From Diplonema japonicum (Eukaryota; Protista; Euglenozoa: Diplonemea), in the NCBI GenBank assembly GCA_964019335.1, contig OZ025659.1:744001-808000 (forward strand): a DNA stretch of 64,000 nt, written 5' to 3'. The notes below the pieces were generated by a model. It was not told the origin of the DNA, made no database searches, and saw nothing but the letters and a program-made list of their open reading frames with translations. Shown here piece after piece: positions 46,488-56,969 of the stretch; position 1 is the stretch's first letter; each line of letters starts with the position of its first letter. A program made the position numbers and the translations under genes.

Positions 46488-46988
46488 AAGTTAAATTCCC
46501 GATCATCCCTCCCCTTTGCTTTTGGGTTTTTTTAATGTCATGCTTTTTATCAACACGTAGTATTTATTTTAAACCCCCCCCCCATTTCTCTTTCCCCTCT
46601 TTTTGTCCACCCCCGCCCAACCCACCATCCCCATTTCCACTGGTTCGCACCCGCCGACGGGACTCTTTTTAAATCAACTCATTTGCTTTCAGTACGGCAG
46701 CTTAAAGCAAAAGTGTAGCGAGCCGGCTATTGGTTTTCAAGAGATTATTTTCCCCTGAGGTTAGATAAGTAAACAAATATGTTTGGCTTGCCTCGTGAGC
46801 TGATTTAATTGGGCCTAGACTTGGCGCTGTGATGCTGCTTTGAGTCCAGGTTCCGAAGGGGTCTTGCGAATGAGGCATGCTATGTTTTTAAACATTTTTA
46901 CAACTCAGGTTTGCTTGTGTTTTTTTCTTATTCTTTTCCGTATCTTTTCACAACGTCACCTCCTTACGTTTAAATCATTCGCAGCACA

Positions 46989-48264
46989 ATGAACAAAGCA
47001 ACATGCACGGGGTGCGGCAAGGACGCACCAACTATGCAATGCCCTCAGTGCAGGGAGCTCGGATTGCCACCGGCATACTTCTGCGCCCAGGACTGCTTCA
47101 AGAAGAGCTGGGGCACACACAAAAAAGAACACAAAAAAGCACCGGAGGCCAGCATCCCCACTATGAGTGCTGAGCAGATGTTGTTATTCGACTTCAGGGG
47201 TGATTTGAGGCCCGGGAAGATTACACCGATGAGAAAGGTGCCAAAAACCATTCCCAGGCCTGACTACGCCGACCACCCGCAGGGACACAGTCTGTCAGAA
47301 CAGAAGGACACTAGCCAGAAGGCGGTCCGTATTAGGGGCGAGGATCTCGTGGGGCTCAAGAAGGTTTGCAAGCTTGCAAGAGAGGTGCTGGACATTGCAT
47401 GTGCCGCCGTGAAGCCCGGTATCACTGGTGATGAGATCGATAAGATCGTACACGACGCGTGTGTGGCCAGGGAGTCTTACCCTTCACCGTTGAACTACTT
47501 TGGGTTCCCTAAATCAGTTTGCACCAGGTATGTTTTTTAATGGTACAGCATGTCATGCAGCATCAATGAAATCATCTGCCATGGGATCCCCGATTCGCGA
47601 CCCCTCGAAGAGGGCGACATTGTGAACATCGATGTGACCCTCTTCCACGGTATGACATGTGTCGTGTGTTACTTCTTACGCAGGCGGTTTCCATGGTGAT
47701 CTCAACGAGACGGTGTTTGTGGGCAAACCCAGCGCAGAGTCGAAGAAACTGGTCATCGCAGCTTACGAGTGTCTGTGGGAGGGTATTAACAGCGTCAAAC
47801 CTGGTGCTTTCTACCGAAACGTGGGCACCACGATCGACATCAGGGCCAAGCAGGACAACCTCAGTGTCGTGAAAACATACTGTGGACACGGCATCCACAA
47901 GCTCTTCCACACTGCCCCAAATGTACCGCATTACGCAAAAAACAAGGCAGTTGGTGTGATGGAAACTGGCCATGCCTTCACCATCGAGCCCATGATCAAC
48001 GTGGGTGAGTACGGCGATGTGCTGTGGCCCGACAACTGGACCAGCTCGACCACTGACGGGAAGAGGTCTGCGCAGTTCGAGGAGACTTTGTACGTTGTTG
48101 ACGATGGTATGTTTTGACATCTGCAAGCTTATAACTTCACAGGTGTCGAAGTCCTCACCATGCGTGAAAACCCAAAGCCACACTTCGCCCGCCAGCTTGA
48201 TGAATGGGGTGTTCCTTATGAAATCAAGGTGGGGCCAGGCGGCTCTGACCCGAGGTGGCAGTAA
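46989..48264 (+). CDS. METAP1: Methionine aminopeptidase 1 with N-terminal zinc finger; introns 47528-47560, 47650-47683, 48107-48142
   Basis: Cxx[14 protein letters not shown]; [40 protein letters not shown] and SAQFE motifs. Confidence 0.95.
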
Positions 48265-48355
48265 ATCTCAGTTTTTCTTTTTTTTTCTTAGTGTATCAGT
48301 TATAGTCTTTTTCATTGATTCTTGCATTTATTTTCAAGAGGTCACAGGATGGAGA

Positions 48356-49293
48356 ATGGGAGGGTGCCTTAGTAGGATCCTGATAAGAGATGAGCGCCTG
48401 GGTCGTGCGGTGTGGTTGTTTCGCGAGGGTGGGGTGATGCTGTCGCCTTACTGGTGGGCTGCGGCTCTTACCTTTCAGCTTCCTTTGATTACTACAGTTG
48501 TATTCTGCAGGTGCACTCCTGCAAGGCACCACAAAGTGGTGGTGGCGGGGTCTGCTACGCTGCTGTTGGCTGTAGGATATTTTCAGGTAATGGTAAGCAC
48601 CTCTGATCCTGGAATCATACCTCGAAGTGATGGGGAGGAGGAGGGGCAGAACGAACGCGTTGGGGAGCGCGTGATGGGTCTTATCGTGCAGCCCCGTGAC
48701 CAGGTTGTGCAGACAGGTAAAGGCCCGCTTGTCTATAGATGGTGTCGTACGTGCAAGATCCATCGCCCTCCGCGTGCGTCGCACTGTGACACGCTCGATT
48801 GCTGTGTTGCTGACTATGATCACTTCTGCCCAGTGGTAGGTTCCTGCATTGCGCAACGGACACTGAGGTACTTCGTCGGGTTCCTCTCTTCTTGCGCGCT
48901 TCTTGCTTCGTGGACTGGGGGGTGCACCTATTACCTCATGAAGACATCGTGCGGACCTTCAGGACCTTACTATTCTGCCTTCAGAGAAAAAGAAAGAATG
49001 TGCGCCGCAGCTTCGATTGGGTGTGGTGCGGGCTTCTGGACAGGCGTCATGTCGATTTTTTACTTTTAGTATGCCACACACCAATCACACACATCTCAGC
49101 TTGATATGCACTGAGCACACGAAACGTGAGGACGTGCGCGGGCTGCCGAACCCCTATGCCGAAAAGGAGGTATGCGTCTGGTAAAACTACAGCAACACAG
49201 TGGACGTTGACGGGTAGCTTACGCGCCATACGATCAGCACTTTGTGGTTTCTTGCCTTCGAGCAAGGTGCAATTCACAGCAGATTCCTCATAG
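48356..49293 (+). CDS. DHHC-family palmitoyltransferase (DHFC variant); introns 49069-49099 and 49170-49200
   Basis: SDPG, CRTCKIHRPPRASHC and DHFCPVVGSCI motifs; spliced NPY motif. Confidence 0.8.
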
Positions 49294-49386
49294 ACCTGAC
49301 ACGCAATGCGGTTTAGTTTCTTTCGATCGTTACTTCTACCGCTCGATTCTACTTGGCGATGTATACAGGTGACATAACATTGCAAA

Positions 49387-51012
49387 ATGGAACATTGGAA
49401 ACTAGGATTTGAAGATAAAGGGACGTATATTGAACCAATGGCTCTCCCCACAGAAAACGGACATGTCAATAAGGAAAAGTGGGTTGCAGACAGGCTGGCG
49501 GCCAGGGAGAGTATACCGCACAATTCAAATCACTATGCAGTGCTTGAAACGATCGAAGGCGTGTCACCAGCACTTGTGGTAAATAAGTTGGTTGGTGTGT
49601 ACTTGGAGCTGATCAGCAGCAAGCCCACGTTGTTTCACAGGAAGCAGCAGCTGTGCATAGCACAAATTAGCAACCTGTTCGGATGCGCCCGCCTTCCCTG
49701 TGATACTAGTGATATAGACAACATACACATCTTCCACGCTTCTCAGCATATAACCGTACTATGCAACGGGTCGCTCTTTGAAGTTCAGGTAATCCAAGAC
49801 GGTAAGCCTGTTCCCACGGAGCAACTTCAACAAGCACTTGAGAAAGCCGAGACGATTGCAGAGGAGAACAAGACTACCGGTCTTGGAGAAGGGGGCGAGC
49901 TGGCCTACTTCACGATGCTTCCGCGTGGTGATTGGAGAGCACTACGCACAGAGCTCCAGAAAGACATCAGAAATCGAACGGTACTCAAGTGTGTGGAGTC
50001 CTCGCTATTCGTGCTAGGGTTAGACGCTGTGCCCGAGGGGCATGATTGGTCTAGCACATGCTATGCCGGTGATGGAGTGTCGCGCTGGTACGATCAGTGC
50101 TTCAATGTCTCGGTGCACGATGGTTCTGTGGCTTTGATCCTAGAGGAGTCCTGCTGCGATAGTGTTGCTCTCTCATGGCTGGCGAACAAATTGTATTCTC
50201 TGTTGAAACCGCTACAGGAAATGTCTGAAGTAGTTAAAGGGATGGAAATAGCAGATCAACAAGTGCAATCTCAGGAAGATAAAATAGCACAAACAGCGAA
50301 AGAAGGCGTACTGCGCCACCACTCAGGCTCATTGAAAGATCCCATGCTTAGTCGCTATCCGCCATTAGCATTACACAAGGCGTTGTGCACACGGAGTATC
50401 CGGGCTATCGAGACGCCCTCATTCGCAAGCCTGCTGTACAGACTGGACATCGACTACGACGCATTGGTGATGGTTAGCGGTGCTCTTGCTTTCTACAGGT
50501 GCACCAAAACCACTCCCAATGCAGCGCATACCGTTGGCCTTCACTCATTTGCTGGGGGGAGGAACATGGTCCGCCAGCCAGTGGCCACCAGTGAATGCGT
50601 CGCGTTTCTCAAGGCGATTTGCAAGGATGACCCAGAAAGGATCCACACCAAGCATCAAGTTAAGAAAGTGCTACTCAATGCCCTCGATGCAGCTCGAGAG
50701 GATAAACAAAAAGCCGCCCAGGGTTCCTTACTCAACTGCAAGGACGGCCATGCCCTGCACTACTCGGCAGAGCGGATTTGGAAGCCCAACCCAAAGCCGC
50801 GAAAGACATACAACATCTTCGGTAATCCCAGCCCTAATTCCGACCTGCATTTCACCTACCACATCTGCTGCCACCCGAACACTTTTTGTTTTACTTGGGA
50901 ACGGCCAGACTTTGCTGTGTTCCCTGAGAAGTTTAAGGAAGTATGTGACAAAGACACAAAAGAAATCACACGCCACAGTGCCTCATCGAATGCGTTGGCA
51001 TGCTGTAGTTGA
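49387..51012 (+). CDS. Choline/carnitine O-acyltransferase family, divergent
   Basis: LFGCARLP, HITVLCNG, VESSLFVLGLD and RWYD motifs. The catalytic EHxxxD motif reads EESCCD. Confidence 0.7.
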   Translation: MEHWKLGFEDKGTYIEPMALPTENGHVNKEKWVADRLAARESIPHNSNHYAVLETIEGVSPALVVNKLVGVYLELISSKPTLFHRKQQLCIAQISNLFGCARLPCDTSDIDNIHIFHASQHITVLCNGSLFEVQVIQDGKPVPTEQLQQALEKAETIAEENKTTGLGEGGELAYFTMLPRGDWRALRTELQKDIRNRTVLKCVESSLFVLGLDAVPEGHDWSSTCYAGDGVSRWYDQCFNVSVHDGSVALILEESCCDSVALSWLANKLYSLLKPLQEMSEVVKGMEIADQQVQSQEDKIAQTAKEGVLRHHSGSLKDPMLSRYPPLALHKALCTRSIRAIETPSFASLLYRLDIDYDALVMVSGALAFYRCTKTTPNAAHTVGLHSFAGGRNMVRQPVATSECVAFLKAICKDDPERIHTKHQVKKVLLNALDAAREDKQKAAQGSLLNCKDGHALHYSAERIWKPNPKPRKTYNIFGNPSPNSDLHFTYHICCHPNTFCFTWERPDFAVFPEKFKEVCDKDTKEITRHSASSNALACCS

Positions 51013-51068
51013 CACTCCTATGTATATTTACAAGCTAGTGTACTGTGATGATTCACACTCCTACAGAA

Positions 51069-54000
51069 ATGGGGGAAGGCGAAGGGGGTGCAAGCTGGGA
51101 GGGGGCAACAATGAGCGACACAGGGAGTAGCTGTGCGGAGGTTGCAGTAAATCCTTTGAGCGAACTAAGGCGAGAGTTGGTCAATGGCCCTGTGTTCCAT
51201 CCGTTGGAAGAGCTTGAGCAGGAAACTGTTGCTGAAAAGTTAGTATTTGACAGAATGCATGTGGATGACATCAAGAGACTCGGGGACGAGCGGGCGAAAG
51301 CAAGGCAAGATGAAGAAATGCAACAACTGCTGGCCCATCGTGATAAGTTAGAAGCCATCAGAAGGTCAAAGGAAGCCAGCTTGTTACGTGCAAGAGACGA
51401 AAACAAGAAGAGACTGGAAAAAGAACAGCAACGTTTCCGTGATGCTGTTATCCGACGCAACGTAGTGAGGCACAATGTGGACGCCTACTTTCAGCAGTCG
51501 CATGAGAAGTTGAAGACATTTGTCAAAACAAGGAAGTCGCAAGTTACTCACAAATACGGTGAAATGACGACAAGCGCAGCGCAGCAATTTGAGTTAGACA
51601 AAATAGACTGGGACTCTATTCCACAGCAGGTAGAAGTACACATCAGTTCAGTGCGAGGTCTGAAAGACAAGATACCGAAAGGCGACTATGTTATGCTTGT
51701 TTCAAAGTACTCACAATTAGGAGGAGAACCATTCAAATGGAGTCTGCGTGACCCTAACGGTTCTGCACCCCCTGCTTGTCCATTCCATGAACACGGGGAC
51801 CCTAGAAAAGCGGACTGCGAGGTGTGCCGGGGCTGGGTCGGTTCTACGACTCCCGTCAAGCATAGGAGCCGCTACCACGACGTCGACTTGCCACTCGACA
51901 CTTCCATCTACACCTTTTTCCCCCCAAGGAAGACGATCAAGCCGTACGCAGCTTTTATCTTCGAGCTCGTGAGGCTTCCTGATAAACCATCAGAACTTCC
52001 TCAAACTGTAGGTTGGGGTGCATTTCCAGTTATCAACGGTAGATTTTCGGTGATCAAGGGTAAGTTCAAAACACCCCTCTTGAGAGGTGGTGTGGACAGC
52101 AGTGTTGAGCACTACACTAAGGTCGAAGACATTGTTGCAGAAGACATTGAGAACTGGCTAGGGAACATCTACTTTGATGTCGTGCCGCACCCCAGGGAAT
52201 GCGACGGGAAAGGGGAGTTCGATATCGAAGCCACCACGAATGCTAAAAGGCTTGGGGTTGGTGAGTATGAAGAAAGTGAAGTCCCAATCAACAGGGGAGA
52301 AACCATGGTTGTAGGTGGCATGAAAACCCTTGGTCGGAACCTGGCTTCCATGGCGTACATGGGAAAGTCCTTCAAGAAGGCCGAGATGACTCCTAAGAGG
52401 CGCAGGTCATCATCCACCGATGTCGGACTTGCAAAGAACACAAGCTGGAGCTTTGGATTAGGTGCCACAAGGACACTGTCTATGAACTCGATGCCGATCG
52501 TGAGCAGGCGAAGGAAGTCTTCGATAGCGTTCGTGGATGAAACAGGCGACTCTGACGACGACGACGAAGATGACGATGACAAGGGCGTTGCGGGTTTTGG
52601 GAGACTGCGCTCGAAGCACATGTCAATGCACAAACTCCTCGAGAAACCGACAAGTGACGACAACAGCGCAGATGACGTGGACAGTAACGATGCCAGTAGT
52701 GGCGGTGACTCCGACAACGAAATGCTTGCCTGCGGAGATGTGACGGACCAGGAACAGGGCGAGCTCCTGTTTGATTTGATAGACCAAGACAACGATGGAG
52801 TGCTCTCGAGGGACGAGCTGCATATGTACCTCGTGAACTATCCTGAAGTCAAGGAAAAGCTGAGTATCTCGAACCTTGCTGAGTTCTTTGACAAACTGGA
52901 CGCTGACTCAGACGGCAGGATCAGCAAGAGCGAGTTTGCTGCTATGTGGGCCGCCATGGCTTCAGGAGCAGCAGACATGTTCGGCTTCCGCGATAAAGAA
53001 AATGTGCAGGAAGATTCTTATGAACTAGTTTCGAAGAAGAAGACGCTTGGCAAAAGCTTCAGGCAAGTGGCAGAGACACTAGGTACTGGGACAGGAACAT
53101 CGACAGCAAAGGGGAAGCTGTTCAATGCGTTGGATAACATTGCTAAGAACAAAAAAAGCAAGAGACGAGTATTGGTGGAAAGAGGTGAAAAATGGGGCCA
53201 GTATACCACTGAGATTAATGACACTTCATTCTTGTCGGGTGAGTCTGCGTCGTGGTCGCTGCAGCTCCAGTATTGCTGGAGGGGCATCCTCGATGAGCTG
53301 AACCTTAAGAATCCAGGAGAGCTGAAATTTTGGTTCGTAATTCTTGTCTTCCTTATAGCGCTCTACAGCCAGTTGTATGTCCATGGAATTGGGCAGTACT
53401 GTGCAGCCTTTGTGTTGGGGCTACCTACTGCCAACATCGACCCCAAGTGGTACGGGCTGATCGTTGAGTACGACAGTAACCACACGTCTGCTTTCCAAGA
53501 GCTTTTTATTGTACTCATTTCTATGACGATGAACATAGGTGTCATAGCAATGCTAATCGCCTTCAGCACTGGTATCAAAGTTGCTACAGGTGGGTTACCA
53601 CAGCAGACGTCGAAATTCGTGTACTGCTTGTCGCTGGCTTACCTGGTATTCCCTTTCCTTCATCTGGGGATCGACCTGTGGGGCGGCTACTCCGGCAATC
53701 ACTCGGACATTATGCGGCTGATAGACTTCTACAACGCCAACCAGTACGAGTCCTTCTTTGGGATATCCACGTTTGCAACACTCTACTTGAATATCTCTGC
53801 GGTGGTGGGAGTGATGAACTACTTGTACACCATGCGCGTGCACTTGAATGGTATTCTGCAGGACTGCTTCTGGAGGATTAACGTTGTCAATGAGAGGAAC
53901 TTTTTTGTCCCACTGGACTTAGAAGTATCAAAGAAGGAGCTGGAGTACGTGTGCAGAAAGTCAGAGATGTGGAGAGGAAGGAACGGTGAACGCCGAAAGA

Positions 54001-54359
54001 CCAAGTCCTCGTTGCTCGTCACCACGGTATGCTCCAGCACCATTGCTCACTATCGCAGGATGACGCCGACTGCGACTACTTGAGTAAGCAAATGCATATT
54101 GAGATTTACACCCTATTCCCACCCGAACAGGTATGCCAGCGGAACATCATTATATTAACAGTTACCGCCTGGAGTCAAGCAGCCAAAGAAAATCTTCAGA
54201 GAATTCTATGTGATGTCCGACGGTGCCATCGTGGAGGCCCGCAAGAATCGTCTCCCGATAGCTGTCTCATCAGTTGTTGAGGCCATACAGCAAGACGCGT
54301 TGGAGGTAGCTAAAGTGTTTAAAAGAAGAAGTACAGCCGTGCAGCCCACCATATGCTGA
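51069..54359 (+). CDS. Coiled-coil + C2-like + EF-hand pair + multi-TM protein (possibly OFCC1-family); introns 54027-54058 and 54131-54161
   Basis: DQDNDGVLSRDE and DADSDGRISKSE EF loops, and about 4-5 TM segments near the C-terminus. The family name is from recall only. Confidence 0.7.
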
Positions 54360-54882
54360 TGCACAAGCGCATTAAAGCATTAAGGGCGTTTCATGCGAAC
54401 ATACATCCTAGTATTTGTTTAGTTAGTTATTATGTTTTGACATGCTTTATGAGACCATTCACAAGTGCACAGCAGGGAAGATGAGATTTAAAGAATACAT
54501 GGGAGTTTGATTTGGTAGTAAGGTGTCCGGCTGATATCTTCTTACCTGCAGAGACTTCGGAAAGCACTTCTGTAATAATAGTTATAAATGAACCACTGAC
54601 GTGCGAAGCAAAGGCTGGGGTGTGGGACAGAATAGGTGAACCGAAGTGAAGGGGCGGGGAAAGGTGAAGACAGAAGTGTTGGGGTGCACGACAGGGTAAT
54701 AATGGGAAACACAGGGGGGGGAGGGTTCACTAGTACTCTTTGTTGGAAGATAGAAGATCCAAGAGTACTGTGCAGGGGATGGTAGCTGGACCTACACAGC
54801 ATACCTGGAGATATCTACTGGACGTGCAAAGAGTATGAATCTGTATGAAAGGAAACGATGTACGCTACGGCAATTTTACGAA

Positions 54883-54894
54883 GGTTCAATTTCA
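54883..54894 (+). promoter_or_regulatory. B-box-like upstream element of U1 (GGTTCAATTTCA), at -121
   Basis: Matches the Pol III B-box consensus and sits at the same distance as the element upstream of U2. Confidence 0.65.
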
Positions 54895-55003
54895 CGTTTC
54901 TTTGGGTTTCCTTTGTTGTAATCGAAAATGTGTGCATAACCTGTGGCAAAGATCTTGGGTTGGGATTTCTGATAAGATAGCCTTCCTTGTTTCTTGGGAA
55001 GGT

Positions 55004-55161
55004 ACATACCTGATTGGTGTCTGGCCTGATCAAGTAGGGTGCCGACATATCAACGGTCCTTGCATTGCACTTCGCTTGGAACGTTGGTAGGGGCTGGGCT
55101 TGCCTGGCTTCCACAATGAAATTTTTGGTAGCGGTGGTGCTGCGCTTGCGCAAACCCACCT
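55004..55161 (+). ncRNA. U1: U1 snRNA with variant 5' arm ACAUACCUG
   Basis: SL I loop GATCAAGTAG (55028-55037), SL II loop ATTGCAC (55064-55070), SL III, Sm site AATTTTTGG (55120-55128), SL IV, then a T-tract. Confidence 0.92.
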
Positions 55162-55437
55162 TTCTTTTTTTTGTTTTGTTTTTCTCAAACATTTGACGTT
55201 GCCCAGCCTCCTGAGATGCGTTATAACATGTGAGTAAGAAAATGAGTATAATTCTTTACTTGAGGGCACAAATTCCGACAGATCCTGTTGTGATATTTGT
55301 ACCGCGTACTGTGAAAAGAAATAAAAGATTTGAAAACTAAAAGTGTGAAAACAACAAAGTGTGCTGATGCGCGCTCACGGTGCGTCATCTGCCCGTCCCA
55401 GAGCACATTCCTTCAGTAATCGAAGATTGCTAATCAA

Positions 55438-55904
55438 GATGAGAGGACGCAGAGAGAGGGGAGCGAGAGGGAGGCCCTGGTGCAGGCGGTCTCCGTCACG
55501 AGGGCGGAGTCCCTAGGGATGATGGCGGCCAGGCTAGCCCGGCAGGAGGAGGCGCAGGCTCAGCAGCGAGGCCCGCACGCAGCAGATCCTGCGCAAGATG
55601 GAAGATGATTTATTGAGGCTAGAAAGGGAGTCTTACCGAGAACGAGGACAGCGAGGTACGATACGAGCTAGAGAGGTACGTCCAGTACCACAGGCAAACG
55701 GAGGTCCACAAACACGAAGTGGATTCGACGGTGGCCTGTCTTGTCCTGCAGTTGGGTTTGATTAGAGAGATCGGTACACTTCCCGCGTCGCAGCATACGG
55801 TCAACGCAATGTCAAAGGTCACGGCGACGATCAGGTACCTCCTGGAAAGGTTGGAAGTCCGGATCACCGGTCTGGAAGACGGTTATCTAGCCGTTCAGGA
55901 GTAA
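55438..55904 (+). pseudogene. Frameshifted coiled-coil coding remnant
   Basis: Coding-like text (EALVQAVSVTRAES...ILRKMEDDLLRLE...YELERYVQYH...LERLEVRITGLE) needs at least 2 frameshifts. Confidence 0.4.
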
Positions 55905-56135
55905 ACAAGAGCGACGCTCAAAGGCGAGGAAATGAGCGGAGGACAAACTCAAGGAGGCTTGTTTTTCTTCCTGTTTAAAGAGAGGTGGACGACCAACAGC
56001 ACAAAAACGACGCGGAATCAGGTTTTCTGTTAGCATACTGATCTTTCCAGTCTGATATGCTGGAGGTCGGTACCAGAGTCAAAGTTACTCGGTACTGTAC
56101 TGTCCTGTGAAATAAAATAACCACTGGATTTGCTG

Positions 56136-56203
56136 AAAAAAGAACTTTCCAAGGTTTTGAACCCCTGCTGCGATGACACGTCTTGCATTAGGCCACGGAA
56201 TGG
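56136..56203 (-). ncRNA. tRNA-like Pol III element (A box, B box, T6 terminator); not a canonical tRNA
   Basis: Minus strand reads TTCCG-TGGCCTAATGC...GGTTCAAAACC-TTGGAAAGTTC-TTTTTT. The anticodon arm is too short. Confidence 0.55.
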
Positions 56204-56386
56204 ATATGTTTCGTTTTCTTTCACAAACCGCTTACAAAAAGAAAATAAGCCGTGATTGGGAGACGAAGTAAGCAACGGCCCACCGCAGTGCGTGTCCTGG
56301 GGGTGCCGCCCCCCCCCCCCCGAAAAAAACGTCCCGAAGTAAACCCAACTTCCGGTCCTTTGCTTTATTTGAATCGAGGTATTTAA

Positions 56387-56513
56387 GGGGTCGAATATAC
56401 ACACACACATGAATGTAAGCCCACCCGTGTGTGTGGTGGCTGCCCATTCTAACTTACAATCATTTCAGCTACCTCCCTGTGGTGGTCCTGGGCAACGTGC
56501 ACGGCTAAGAGCT
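56387..56513 (+). ncRNA. HDV-like self-cleaving ribozyme (core 56467-56513)
   Basis: P2 AGCT, P3 ACC, L3 TCCCTGT, P3 GGT, P1 GGTCCT, P1.1 GG, GCAA, mini-P4 CG-TGCA-CG, GCTAAG with the catalytic-position C at 56505, P2 AGCT. Candidate P1 5' strand GGGGTC at 56387-56392. Confidence 0.7.
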
Positions 56514-56848
56514 TCCCTCTTGTTGTGTGGGGTGGGAGCGAAGACGGTCTGTTTGGCACAAGCTGCCATCGGGGCACTGGGAGCAGGGGTGCGGTGGAGC
56601 GGAGCCAGGGAGCGTTCGTGCTGATCCCCCGACCGGCCCTATCCCCTTCCTCTCACGAGCAGGCCCTGTCGCTCCATCACGCTGGCTGACGCCAGCACCG
56701 ACGCCGACGACAACCGGGGCCCTCGACATGGGCAACTTAAAAGAGTAGAGTCATCTTTCCCCCCATTTATTCCCAAAACCTCAGGTCTTTTCTGTTTCTA
56801 TTCCTCCATTTTCCCCTTTTGTCCCCTGCACTTCTCCAACTCATAGTG

Positions 56849-56860
56849 GGTTCAATTCCA
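56849..56860 (+). promoter_or_regulatory. B-box-like upstream element of U2 (GGTTCAATTCCA), at -121
   Basis: Matches the B-box consensus with identical spacing to the U1 element. Confidence 0.65.
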
Positions 56861-56969
56861 GTTGGTTCTTGTTCTCGTGTTGCGGATCGTGGTGTCCCCC
56901 ATGGTTAATGGGCAAGTAAAAGGAAAGGGTTTTTATTGTTGTTTTGGTGTTGCCTTATTCTGAGAGGGC

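Noticed and set aside
54535-54815. CTTACCTG and CATACCTGG as additional U1 5' ends
   Set aside because: No 70K loop, U1A loop or Sm site follows.
56441-56734. RNase MRP/P or U3 identity for the GC-rich island
   Set aside because: ACAACCGGGGC and ACTTACAATCATTTC are suggestive, but the CR-I GAAAGUC and C/D boxes are absent. The HDV-like fold explains the core better.
56905-56930. Minus-strand CCTTTTAC resembling U5 loop 1
   Set aside because: No enclosing stem or Sm site.
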